A stretch of 62,382 bases of DNA from contig NC_068998.1 in assembly GCF_001194135.2 (NCBI RefSeq), positions 50,346,133 to 50,408,514 of the forward strand, read 5' to 3'. Positions 49,816-62,382 of this stretch are shown one piece after another. The stretch is from Octopus bimaculoides. Taxonomy: Eukaryota. The notes below the pieces were generated by a model that did no database searches, was not told where the DNA came from, and worked only from the letters and a program-made list of their open reading frames with translations. Positions within the stretch are counted from its first letter, which is position 1, and each line of letters starts with the position of its first letter. The translations under genes were made by a program, and so were the position numbers.

Positions 49816-51346
49816 GTGCTAGCTCCACTCCAATAATATTAGATAAGAAAATGTCTGAAATGTTACGAAGACAGAAAAGAATAGATCTGTTTCAAATCAA
49901 TTTCGGAAATCAGATGACATGCATTTCACTTCCTAGACCAACGTAACTCTGTTGCAGTGATCTACCCCCAAGATTGAACCTTTGCCCTTAGGTCCCAGCA
50001 GAAAACTTCACTCACACCTATGTCTTCAATCGATTTGTAAAGAGCTGAAATAATTGTCATTCAGTAGATATTTTCCTTTAGGCTCTAAGTACAAATACCG
50101 CCGAGGTTGCCTTTGCCTTTCATTCGGTCGTTTTCGATGAAAAGAAACACAAATAGTTGGTTATTTAGATAACCAATCCTCCCGAAAAACTGCATCAGAA
50201 ATCTTGATGATTCCATTTATATTCAGCTCCCGAAATTTAATCCTTATCGGGAGAATTGTTTTATATTTTTAATAAATATACTTACACNNNNNNNNNNNNN
50301 NNNNNNNNNNNNNNNNNNNNNNNNNNNNNNNNNNNNNNNNNNNNNNNNNNNNNNNNNNNNNNNNNNNNNNNNNNNNNNNNNNNNNNNNNNNNNNNNNNNN
50401 NNNNNNNNNNNNNNNNNNNNNNNNNNNNNNNNNNNNNNNNNNNNNNNNNNNNNNNNNNNNNNNNNNNNNNNNNNNNNNNNNNNNNNNNNNNNNNNNNNNN
50501 NNNNNNNNNNNNNNNNNNNNNNNNNNNNNNNNNNNNNNNNNNNNNNNNNNNNNNNNNNNNNNNNNNNNNNNNNNNNNNNNNNNNNNNNNNNNNNNNNNNN
50601 NNNNNNNNNNNNNNNNNNNNNNNNNNNNNNNNNNNNNNNNNNNNNNNNNNNNNNNNNNNNNNNNNNNNNNNNNNNNNNNNNNNNNNNNNNNNNNNNNNNN
50701 NNNNNNNNNNNNNNNNNNNNNNNNNNNNNNNNNNNNNNNNNNNNNNNNNNNNNNNNNNNNNNNNNNNNNNNNNNNNNNNNNNNNNNNNNNNNNNNNNNNN
50801 NNNNNNNNNNNNNNNNNNNNNNNNNNNNNNNNNNNNNNNNNNNNNNNNNNNNNNNNNNNNNNNNNNNNNNNNNNNNNNNNNNNNNNNNNNNNNNNNNNNN
50901 NNNNNNNNNNNNNNNNNNNNNNNNNNNNNNNNNNNNNNNNNNNNNNNNNNNNNNNNNNNNNNNNNNNNNNNNNNNNNNNNNNNNNNNNNNNNNNNNNNNN
51001 NNNNNNNNNNNNNNNNNNNNNNNNNNNNNNNNNNNNNNNNNNNNNNNNNNNNNNNNNNNNNNNNNNNNNNNNNNNNNNNNNNNNNNNNNNNNNNNNNNNN
51101 NNNNNNNNNNNNNNNNNNNNNNNNNNNNNNNNNNNNNNNNNNNNTAACTATATAGAAAAACAAAATTCAGAATTAAAAGAGATGACTTTCAACTCCTTTG
51201 TCGTTTTAAAATTTCTGAATGCAAATTTAAAACTGTATTTAATTGCTTGTGTACCGTTCTGTAAAATGTATATGTTTGCGCTTTATGCTCATTATATTCA
51301 CCTGACATTTCACTATTTTGTACACTGTTTTTCAGCAGTCTGTGTT

Positions 51347-51381
<35 letters not shown>

Positions 51382-51833
51382 ACGCATGTGGTTGTGTATG
51401 TTAGCATTTTTTACAAACACTATTCTACTACTGTCTGGTTTAAGAACTGTTGACTAAGAAATATTATTTCTCCATTTAACCCTTGTATCATATTCTGCGA
51501 TTAGTTTCAATAACCTTGCTCCAAAGTATTATTTCCCTTCAGCATATAATATCTCTCCCTTCCTATATAACTGCATGGACTTCTTGAATAGACAACGGAA
51601 GGAACAGTATCTTCTCTGTACAACAATTTACTTCTGGTGAAATCGAATTCCGTTGCTAGGGAAATCAAACCTCAGGTTACTGCCGATTAGATTTCCCATA
51701 TATTATGCAGTTCTATAGTATGAATCAAATACCGGAAACGCTATGAAAGAATGCATTTTGTGATTGATTTAGCCGTACTACAAACTAGATTTCTGACCTA
51801 AAACATCTTCCCTCTGCTGAAAAACATTTCTAT

Positions 51834-51998
51834 TTGTATATCAGAATCTACATACTTAAAAGAAGTTGATTAACATCCATTCCAAATTTAGCCGTCTTTT
51901 CTTATACTCAGAATTTGCATATCAAAATCTACATATTTGAAAGCAGTTGATTAAGATCTAATCCAAATTTAGCCGACGTTTCTTGTACGCTGATTTGC
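51834..51998. repeat. 81-bp tandem duplication x2
   Basis: TATCA(G/A)AATCTACATA...GTTGATTAA...TCCAAATTTAGCCG starting at 51839 and 51920. Confidence 0.9.
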
Positions 51999-52454
51999 TG
52001 CAGTGCATGGCCATTTCGTAAATACAAGCGCCATGATAATCGCTTATGTTTTCTTCCTCGGAGCAATTCTGAGTAACAGACATATAGTGAAAAAGACACG
52101 GATCATCGCGTCATCCGGTATTTTTCCATATGGAGGACTACATCGCTCACTTTATCCTTACTTTTCTTATAAAGGAAGGTCGTCACTAGAAAGAGAAATT
52201 ATATAATCATTTTTACACTGCAGAGGAGGCCCGAACTTTTTTCAGTTTATTGCAGGAGTGTTTTTGCAATACGTACGACTAGGATTAAGATGTGTATCAT
52301 TTGATTCCAATATTCCACTACGCACAATCGTCATCGGATATCGTCCACACTTAGCAAATTAAATAACATTGAATACTACTTGGCTATTTCTTTTTGCTGT
52401 CCCACTAGTTTCAATATATTTTATCCTGTCTAATTGTTGATATTAGCCATCCTT

Positions 52455-52620
52455 GTAAAGCAGCGAACTGCAGAACTGTTAACACGCTCAATAAATTGTT
52501 CGGCAGCATTTTTGCAGCTTTATGTTTTGAGTTCAAACTCCACGGTGGCCGACATTGCCATTCAATAATTTCTAGTCAAACACGGGCGTTGAGATAATCG
52601 ACTAGCCCCACCCCACAGGT
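52455..52620 (+). mobile_element. SINE family A, diverged
   Basis: AAGCAGCGAACTGCAGAAC...TTTTGAGTTCAAACTCC...TAATCGACTAGCCCC. Confidence 0.7.
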
Positions 52621-53589
52621 TTTCCTCCATTTCTTGTTTAATTGTCATTTTGCCTGCATTAAGTGTGATAGAGACCATTTTTATTTTTCATTTTATTTAT
52701 GCATCCAAAATATTTTAGTTTTTTTTCTCTTTCATGATGTTTATCAATTTTTATTGCTGTTTTTATACTATGTACCTCATTATCTGTTTTATATTTTGTC
52801 TGTGTTAATCGCAAATATCTTTTCGTATCCACATACGAAAATTTTGAGATCTACGTGATCTTCATTATACTTCTCTATTTTTGCAACCAAGGGAACGATA
52901 TATAGCATATTAATAAACTGTTAGTGGGGTTGATATTAATGTTTGCTGACGTTAGTTATGTTTCAAATTTGTTCCCATGATATTTTGGGAATGATGATGA
53001 ATAGATTATGTAGCAAACTAATGAACTGACTGACCAGACACGATAATAAAAAAAGACTGGCATAAATTATTCACGACAATACAATTTTGCCTCGTAGCCA
53101 AAGATACTTATCCTTGAAAGATATTGAGATTTATTACAGTTTTGAAGCCATATTAATGTAAAATGAACATATAGCTTAGATGCTATAACAATGCTAACAG
53201 GAGAAATAGCTTTAGATTCAATCAAAACTGAATCTCCAAGAAAACTGAACTTATTTTCAAACCAAAAGTAGGGATGAATCTAATCTATTTTTAATATGAT
53301 ATCGCATCAAGTCTTGTTCAATAAATTTGCTAGTTAAAATCCAATTATTTGGTCTTTAATATTTGGTCTTTATTATTTGGTCTGATTTTCGTTGATATGA
53401 TATCATATGGCATGATATGATATCTTATGATTTGAGGAGAGAGAAAGGAACTTTAAAAAAAGATATAGAATTAAGTAGCAATTAGTGGTTCTCAATCTTT
53501 CCGATCTCCTCACGCTGTAGAGGATAAATACAAAATTATTGGTGCTGTTCGCATTAAAACTTTCAGAACAAAAGTAAATTATTGCTTAG

Positions 53590-53770
53590 TGGTAACTCGT
53601 TCGTCCTTACATTCTGAGTTCAAATTCCACCGAGGCCGACCTTACCTTTCATCACTTTGGGGCTGATATAAATAAGCATCAATCAAGAATTGGGTCTTAT
53701 TCCCTCCCCCAATATTACTAACTTTGTGTCAAAATTTTAATAGGTGCAATATGGCAGAATCGTTAACAAG
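53590..53770 (+). mobile_element. SINE family A copy followed by the head of another
   Basis: ATTCTGAGTTCAAATTCCACCGAGGCCGAC...TTTGTGTCAAAATTTT then ATGGCAGAATCGTTA. Confidence 0.75.
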
Positions 53771-55544
53771 TGCATTTTTAAATGTTACCCTTCAGTTACA
53801 GGGCATAACATATTGAGAAACAATACTTTTTTATAGCCGCAGGTCAAATCAAACCATGGGAACGGAATTAGGTGAATAGAAACTGTGTAGCAGCCTCTTT
53901 GATGGAATGAATTTTTAATTCAAAAGAACAGCCTTGTCACCCACTGCGATATACTGATTTCGCTGGACAATTACATTGAGGACACGCGTGTTTGACGAAT
54001 GCTTAGTGAGCAAGAACCCTTTTGCGAAAAACCGAGGATCTTTTTGGATCGATCGACTGAATACTCAGGATCGGATCCATTGTTATTTTACATAAATGAA
54101 ATTCTGATAAATATGTATTCCAGGAAGCTCGGGCATGCATTTATAAATGTTTTATTTCAAAATAGTAGAGCGGAGGATATATTTATATAACTTTTACTGG
54201 TGTTGGCATCAATGTTTCTTAATGTCGAAAATGTTTCACATATTTTTAAATTAGTTTTTTGTCTATAATTTTGCATCATTTATGTAATAAAGTAATTCTA
54301 TTACAAAACAATCTGATAAAACCTGAATGGAAATAAGTAAAAAAAATCAATCTCTGCCGCTGTGTATGACCTTTACATGCTATCTACAAACAAAACTCGG
54401 CATATACCAATAGTCATCAAGTTTTGTATTATGAATATCAATATTTAAAGTTAGCACACATTTATTTATGTACTTATTCATCAATCTATACATACATCCT
54501 AGCTTCTGATATACATCCTGACAATAAACTGGAACTCTCTCTCTGTCTCTCTCCCCTCCTCCCTCTCCCCGTTTTCTTTCATTTGTCTCTGCCCCATCTT
54601 TTATTCTTGTTCCCTTCACCATGTGTCTTCTCTCTATTCTCTTCCCTATTCGCTTCTAATTCTCCCAGAATTAATACTGCCTTCACATAAGTCTAGTGCC
54701 TTCTATTTTCGTTCTCTTTTTTCTCTCTATGTTGGATGCTCTATCCGTCCCTTCACTTTATCTCTCCTTCCTCCTTTTATTTCCCACAGGCCATCGCACA
54801 ACAACCGTCTGTCATGTGGTACGTAGCGTTACATTTTACACAATGGCTTCTGGTCTGTTGCTTCGTAAAACCAAACTCCATATATATATATATGTGTGTG
54901 TAAACTATGTACTTGCTTATGTATGTATTCATGAATTTATGTTTCTGCATATGAGTGCGATGTTTATTATTAGTTTTAATCATAAAGTCTGTAATGTATC
55001 AGAAATATATAATCTTTCATCTACTGCAAGTATATTATCCATCCTTGATTAATAGAATTAAGATTTATTGCGTTTGTTTGTCAAAACAATCTTGTATATT
55101 TGATTAAATGTCTTTATTATCATAACACTCTCATTACCGAAGCTTCTGAATAAATATCATCGAGTCATTTCCGCAATACAATAGAGAGGTTTGTAGTTAA
55201 GATGTGTGCGTTTCATTCTTGAGGTTTCTGGTTTGATCCCATTAGACGATGCCTTGTTTCAATGTCTTCCTAATATCCTGTTAGTTTTAATTTCATAAAC
55301 AATGGATTAGAAAACGTTTGGAATTTCGGAAATGCATCTCTGCTATTCATGAAAGGATTAATAGTTGAAACATGAATAGTTTTGTATTCATGGTGGTAAG
55401 CTAGTTCTGTTAAACATAACCAAGTTTATTGGATTGGTTTCCCATTGTTAACGCCACTACTCCTCATGAAGTTCTTCGTATTCTGGATATCTCTATGTAA
55501 TTTCTTCATTTATCAGTTTATATTGCAACACATTATTATATATC

Positions 55545-55749
55545 CAAATTGCTAGGGCGTTGCAGAAATGTTTAACGGTATTTCGCCCGTCGCTACGTTC
55601 TGAGTTCAAATTCCATTGAGGATGACTTTGCTTTTCATCTTTTTGGGATCGATAAATTAAGCGCCAGTGAAACACTGGAGGAAATGTAATCGACTTATCA
55701 CATCCCCCGAAAAAGTCTTCCCTCGTGGCAAAATTTGAAATCATTATTA
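55545..55749 (+). mobile_element. SINE family A
   Basis: CGGTATTTCGCCCGTCGCTACGTTCTGAGTTCAAATTCC...GATCGATAAATTAAG...TGTAATCGACTT...CAAAATTTGAAATCATTATT. Confidence 0.88.
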
Positions 55750-56185
55750 TATTTTTAAGTAGACAGAGAAGTTAGAATGACTTTTGATATCTGTTCGGGC
55801 TCCCATCCTCTATGTTCAAATCCAGCTGATGTCAAATCCCCATTTATATTTTAAAATTGATGAATAAAATACCAATGGAGTGCTTGCATCAATTCTTATA
55901 ATTTTTTATCTCTTTCTCCCTCTCTTTATATCCACCCGAGTTTATAAAAAATTATTTCCTTCGGTATATCTCCTTTATTTTAAATTTAAATTTGTGTGTG
56001 TGTGTGTGTGTGTGTGTGTNNNNNNNNNNNNNNNNNNNNNNNNNNNNNNNNNNNNNNNNNNNNNNNNNNNNNNNNNNNNNNNNNNNNNNNNNNNNNNNNN
56101 NNNNNNNNNNNNNNNNNNNNNNNNNNNNNNNNNNNNNNNNNNNNNNNNNNNNNNNNNNNNNNNNNNNNNNNNNNNNNNNNNNNNN

Positions 56186-56221
<36 letters not shown>

Positions 56222-57535
56222 CTCTCTCTCTATCTATCTATCTATCTATCTATCTCTATGTCTATCTTTCTGTCATTATATAACAACCTCCAGTGAACAT
56301 AAAGAGAGAATATATATCTTCATATCTATATATCACTGAATCAGCTACGTTACGCCCTGAGAATGTACGAAATATTTTACGAGACTCTTCGCAATGACTG
56401 CACTCCCAGAAATAGAAATTTTTTGGAAGTAAACACACTTCTGATAAAAATAATTGACTGCGGCGCTGGAAATATCCAACAACTACATTATACAAATTTA
56501 TGCACAGAACTGGAATAAAGCTTTTCTTTAGCGTAGTGCCTTCTAAAAAAGTGAAACCGGTCAAGTTAATAAACATATCTAAACGACCTTACCATATGTA
56601 TATACCTATTTTCCATCGCGGAAGCCTTGTATATTTGTGGGAAGAGTGTTCCATTTGCAGAGGAATAATTTAACTAAAAACTGGAGAACATTCATTCATA
56701 CGAGCATAGATACATAATTGCATTCATTAAAGAGACATACATACGTACTTATATACATACACATATACGTACATATATACATTGGTACANNNNNNNNNNN
56801 NNNNNNNNNNNNNNNNNNNNNNNNNNNNNNNNNNNNNNNNNNNNNNNNNNNNNNNNNNNNNNNNNNNNNNNNNNNNNNNNNNNNNNNNNNNNNNNNNNNN
56901 NNNNNNNNNNNNNNNNNNNNNNNNNNNNNNNNNNNNNNNNNNNNNNNNNNNNNNNNNNNNNNNNNNNNNNNNNNNNNNNNNNNNNNNNNNNNNNNNNNNN
57001 NNNNNNNNNNNNNNNNNNNNNNNNNNNNNNNNNNNNNNNNNNNNNNNNNNNNNNNNNNNNNNNNNNNNNNNNNNNNNNNNNNNNNNNNNNNNNNNNNNNN
57101 NNNNNNNNNNNNNNNNNNNNNNNNNNNNNNNNNNNNNNNNNNNNNNNNNNNNNNNNNNNNNNNNNNNNNNNNNNNNNNNNNNNNNNNNNNNNNNNNNNNN
57201 NNNNNNNNNNNNNNNNNNNNNNNNNNNNNNNNNNNNNNNNNNNNNNNNNNNNNNNNNNNNNNNNNNNNNNNNNNNNNNNNNNNNNNNNNNNNNNNNNNNN
57301 NNNNNNNNNNNNNNNNNNNNNNNNNNNNNNNNNNNNNNNNNNNNNNNNNNNNNNNNNNNNNNNNNNNNNNNNNNNNNNNNNNNNNNNNNNNNNNNNNNNN
57401 NNNNNNNNNNNNNNNNNNNNNNNNNNNNNNNNNNNNNNNNNNNNNNNNNNNNNNNNNNNNNNNNNNNNNNNNNNNNNNNNNNNNNNNNNNNNNNNNNNNN
57501 NNNNNNNNNNNNNNNNNNNNNNNNNNNNNNNNNNN

Positions 57536-57581
<46 letters not shown>

Positions 57582-59746
57582 ATATATATACATACATATA
57601 TATATGTATATACATATATCAAATACAGGTATCTATGTACGTTTGTCGGTATGTTTTTGATGAGGTACTTTATTCTAGCTTTCCCGATAAGATCCAATAA
57701 GACCGGTGCGCACCATGAATCCATGTTATAGGAAATAAGTGTTTGCTGAAGAGAATTATCAATACCAGTTCCAATTTGCATTTGGTTCCATTTCATTGTT
57801 AGATTCTTAGATAAATTAGTCACCTTTTTTTTTATTTTTGATATTAATAATACCCTACTTCCCGAATATATCAGATGTCTGTGTGTCCGTCAGTGCGCGA
57901 GCGTATGTGTTTGCGTGTTGGTGTGTGTGTTTGTGTGTGTGTATGTTTGTGCGTGCGTGTGTGTGTTTGTCTGTGTGTGTGTACATACACCTGCGAGATT
58001 GTGCACGTGTGTGTATGTACGAAGAGCTGTTATACTTGTTTATATATATATATATATATATATATGCTGTGGTGAATGTCCTGTGAAAGGTCGCCTCTTT
58101 GTGTATAAATACATACTCTATAGGATATATATATATATATATATATANNNNNNNNNNNNNNNNNNNNNNNNNNNNNNNNNNNNNNNNNNNNNNNNNNNNN
58201 NNNNNNNNNNNNNNNNNNNNNNNNNNNNNNNNNNNNNNNNNNNNNNNNNNNNNNNNNNNNNNNNNNNNNNNNNNNNNNNNNNNNNNNNNNNNNNNNNNNN
58301 NNNNNNNNNNNNNNNNNNNNNNNNNNNNNNNNNNNNNNNNNNNNNNNNNNNNNNNNNNNNNNNNNNNNNNNNNNNNNNNNNNNNNNNNNNNNNNNNNNNN
58401 NNNNNNNNNNNNNNNNNNNNNNNNNNNNNNNNNNNNNNNNNNNNNNNNNNNNNNNNNNNNNNNNNNNNNNNNNNNNNNNNNNNNNNNNNNNNNNNNNNNN
58501 NNNNNNNNNNNNNNNNNNNNNNNNNNNNNNNNNNNNNNNNNNNNNNNNNNNNNNNNNNNNNNNNNNNNNNNNNNNNNNNNNNNNNNNNNNNNNNNNNNNN
58601 NNNNNNNNNNNNNNNNNNNNNNNNNNNNNNNNNNNNNNNNNNNNNNNNNNNNNNNNNNNNNNNNNNNNNNNNNNNNNNNNNNNNNNNNNNNNNNNNNNNN
58701 NNNNNNNNNNNNNNNNNNNNNNNNNNNNNNNNNNNNNNNNNNNNNNNNNNNNNNNNNNNNNNNNNNNNNNNNNNNNNNNNNNNNNNNNNNNNNNNNNNNN
58801 NNNNNNNNNNNNNNNNNNNNNNNNNNNNNNNNNNNNNNNNNNNNNNNNNNNNNNNNNNNNNNNNNNNNNNNNNNNNNNNNNNNNNNNNNNNNNNNNNNNN
58901 NNNNNNNNNNNNNNNNNNNNNNNNNNNNNNNNNNNNNNNNNNNNNNNNNNNNNNNNNNNNNNNNNNNNNNNNNNNNNNNNNNNNNNNNNNNNNNNNNNNN
59001 NNNNNNNNNNNNNNNNNNNNNNNNNNNNNNNNNNNNNNNNNNNNNNNNNNNNNNNNNNNNNNNNNNNNNNNNNNNNNNNNNNNNNNNNNNNNNNNNNNNN
59101 NNNNNNNNNNNNNNNTATATATATATATATATATATATATAGAAGTGTGTTTGTGCGTATGTGTACTATGCGTGTGGCTATGACTGTCTCGAGCTTGTGA
59201 TCTGTGTACCATTTCTCTGATATTTTTCAAGCCTAGCGATTACGTAAAAGTTCCATTTTGGCTATGAATATGTCATGTAATATAATGAATCGCAATTTTA
59301 TAGGTTTCGTAATCACTGTCTTTATGAGTCAATTTTGAAATAACTTACTCCATAAGACATATTAACTAGACACAAATTTCTCGATAAAATACAAAGAATA
59401 TAGCGATACATAAGAGGGAATAGAAACAGAAATGAACACAAAGGTAATGACTGCATCATTAATACTTTCTTATGATGCAGGAATTTATAGGGAGAACATA
59501 AAATGTCTCCAGCTTGCTTTTTCTTTTTGTTTTCTTTGCTTTTTCTCATTTTGAGAGCGAAGGAAAATCTTGAACAGATTTTGGGAATATCATTAAAATC
59601 GTTATAAATGTTCCTCCAGTTACTATATTTACACGTCATTTCATTCACTCATGACTGACACTTTATTCCTTCCATATCTCTCCTCCATTTCGTTTGCATA
59701 ACTGCGCAAAAAATACCAAAGTAGGTGAACACACACTCACACACAC

Positions 59747-59777
<31 letters not shown>

Positions 59778-59789
59778 ATTTGCTTGTTC

Positions 59790-59875
59790 CAGTTTTCGTC
59801 TTCTAAATCCATTCTCAAAGGTTTGGTCGGCCCACAGGCTATGGTAGGAGACACTTGACAAAGATGCCACGCAGT
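59790..59875 (-). mobile_element. SINE family B, fragment
   Basis: AAATCCATTC...GGTCGGCCC...GCTATGGTAGGAGACACTTG...TGCCACGCAGT, colinear with 7046-7192. Confidence 0.75.
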
Positions 59876-61421
59876 AAGCTCCGTACATCGCAGTCATATG
59901 TAAAGTTATAATGAAAGCCACGAATCTTGTGAATTAAAGCTACCGAGGTTTCCGTGGCCGAAACTTAAATGGATTTCGACAGTTTCCAGGCTGAAAGACA
60001 AAACATTTTGCCACTTACCTGCAAACCAGGGTTTGAACCCTGGACCCCTTTATTTCACAGGACTTGTTGCTTGCATTATAATATTATCTTTACTCCCTCA
60101 GCTGATGGGTGGGCAGAATTAGTTGCTTTTGTTTCTTTTCTCTTTTTTCTTGTAAAACCATCTCTCACTATATATCAGAAGCAGACGAAATATCGACCGA
60201 CAGTGCCGTGCAAGAATTCCTGGTACATTTCGACTTCGAAGACACCAGTACGTCACCTTTCACGAATGTGTATACATACAATTTCAATACATATGGCCAT
60301 TTCAACTTAATTATCATTTTCCTTCGGGTGTGTAGACCCGTTTATAAACTTTAACGTTAGAGTCAGTAAACAGAATTCTTTGTTTAGTTAAGTGGAAAGG
60401 AATATTTCTGCGATTTAAGTTTAAATTAATTGTTTTAATGGCAGTTTGATAACTTTTGTAGTGGTTTTCTTACATAGTTATACACAAGGGGAAATTTGGT
60501 CCTATCAACTGAAATTTTAGATTAACCTGTTATGGCTTTGAAGTCCATAACTTGTTCAAATTCTAATATCACGTGCAAAAATTTATCTATCAATCTATCT
60601 ATTGATTTCTCTATTTATCTATCTATCTATCAATGTATCTATCTACATAGCTATCAATATATGTATGTATCCATTTATCTATTTATGTATATATGTATAT
60701 ATCAATTATCTCTTCCTTTTTTCTTTCCCTATATATATATATATATATATNNNNNNNNNNNNNNNNNNNNNNNNNNNNNNNNNNNNNNNNNNNNNNNNNN
60801 NNNNNNNNNNNNNNNNNNNNNNNNNNNNNNNNNNNNNNNNNNNNNNNNNNNNNNNNNNNNNNNNNNNNNNNNNNNNNNNNNNNNNNNNNNNNNNNNNNNN
60901 NNNNNNNNNNNNNNNNNNNNNNNNNNNNNNNNNNNNNNNNNNNNNNNNNNNNNNNNNNNNNNNNNNNNNNNNNNNNNNNNNNNNNNNNNNNNNNNNNNNN
61001 NNNNNNNNNNNNNNNNNNNNNNNNNNNNNNNNNNNNNNNNNNNNNNNNNNNNNNNNNNNNNNNNNNNNNNNNNNNNNNNNNNNNNNNNNNNNNNNNNNNN
61101 NNNNNNNNNNNNNNNNNNNNNNNNNNNNNNNNNNNNNNNNNNNNNNNNNNNNNNNNNNNNNNNNNNNNNNNNNNNNNNNNNNNNNNNNNNNNNNNNNNNN
61201 NNNNNNNNNNNNNNNNNNNNNNNNNNNNNNNNNNNNNNNNNNNNNNNNNNNNNNNNNNNNNNNNNNNNNNNNNNNNNNNNNNNNNNNNNNNNNNNNNNNN
61301 NNNNNNNNNNNNNNNNNNNNNNNNNTTTATTTAAAAGCAGCAGAAATATAACAAAATAACCGTTACTCTGAGTTTCACGTTCCCGTTCATCGGACAGTTT
61401 TGTTAGAAAATCTTACTCCGG

Positions 61422-61456
<35 letters not shown>

Positions 61457-61871
61457 ATGTGTATGTATGTATATATATGTTTTTTGCTTTGTGTTTTATT
61501 TCACTGTTGAATCAGTACTGTGTCAAGGGATTTAAATAATGAATTTGAAAGTATAATGCAGTCGTATAGTACATGGCATAGTTTGTTGGGTGCATCGGAA
61601 TAATCGGTGGTGCGTATTTGGACGAACGCATATATAAACATATACTAAACAAGCATACACGCACAATCACATATATGTAAACAATTGTTTTGATAAAGAG
61701 GTATAGATGCCCAGACACAGACTCAAACGCACACATACACAAACATACACAAATACACATATGTGTGCGTCTGCATGTATGTGTATAGTATTTGAAAGAA
61801 AATATATACAATATGCATGTACATAATATGCATATACGTGCTTAGACACGTTGTGTATATATGTACACATG

Positions 61872-61960
61872 CAGTACTCCCGCGACTATAGCGTGTGTTA
61901 CATTCCAAAAGACTCGGTGATAAATGAAAATCCGCGAAGTAAAAACAGTACTGTACTCTC
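61872..61960 (+). mobile_element. pogo/Tigger-like left terminus
   Basis: CAGTACTCCCGCGACTATAGCGTGTGTTACATTCCAAAA...GAAAATCCGCGAAG resembles Tigger/MER2-type ends; no clear partner TIR found. Confidence 0.5.
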
Positions 61961-62382
61961 TATATATTTTATATATATATACATATACATGTATATATTG
62001 CACGTAATTATATAATCGATAGTATATACGTACAATGAGTGCGAACGTTTCGTCTGTGTGCGTAAAGTCGTCCGTGCCTGCGCACTCACATCTCTGCAAG
62101 TGTAAATTCCTATAAGAATGTATTTAATGGATGTCATAAAAACGCCTATCGATTTCAGATTTCATGCGCCCTTAGTCATACAATTTATATATCGATTACG
62201 TATCGCGGTAACTACTTCTGTATCATTACACAATATTCTAGATTCGACAACGTACAATCAACAAGGGAAATATGGTCCGTTAACACAACATTAACTACAA
62301 AATGCATTATCATATTCTTCGAAAATGGTAGTGAGTACCGAATCAGATTTTGTCTTGTTTTAACTTTTCGTTTTATATATAT

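Noticed and set aside
56430-56470. IKIIDCGAG resembling the kinase DFG region
   Set aside because: No HRD or other kinase motifs, and the Phe of DFG is absent; coincidence likely.
60013-60022. ACTTACCTG matching the 5' end of U1 snRNA
   Set aside because: No further U1 sequence; it is simply the reverse complement of a splice-donor consensus.

Overview
AT-rich, microsatellite-saturated animal genomic DNA from a gapped assembly (16 N-gaps, roughly 6 kb in total, nearly all bounded by (TA)n, (CT)n or (TG)n arrays). The tRNA-derived SINE families, repeat density and gap pattern suggest an octopus genome, probably Octopus bimaculoides-like (inference from recall, not a search). No host protein-coding gene can be identified with confidence, and almost all supplied ORFs are microsatellite or N-run artefacts. 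The window looks like a long intron or intergenic region. Recognisable protein relics are all transposon-derived: two CR1/L2-group LINE 3' ends (633-1005, 34320-34790), RTE LINE fragments (22025-22312, 43100-43430), three mariner relics (4052-4385, 13700-13857, and a TIR-bounded, TA-flanked deletion derivative at 38640-39128), and a probable Penelope relic with a degenerate hammerhead-like core (3270-3620). Other notable items are a 216-bp fold-back MITE-like element (40093-40308), head-to-tail SINE multimers, a tRNA-Met-like sequence between direct repeats, a CRE/CCAAT/E-box cluster at 20.1-20.7 kb, and a few unverified candidate exons. I found no convincing new biological system; the findings are testable leads.
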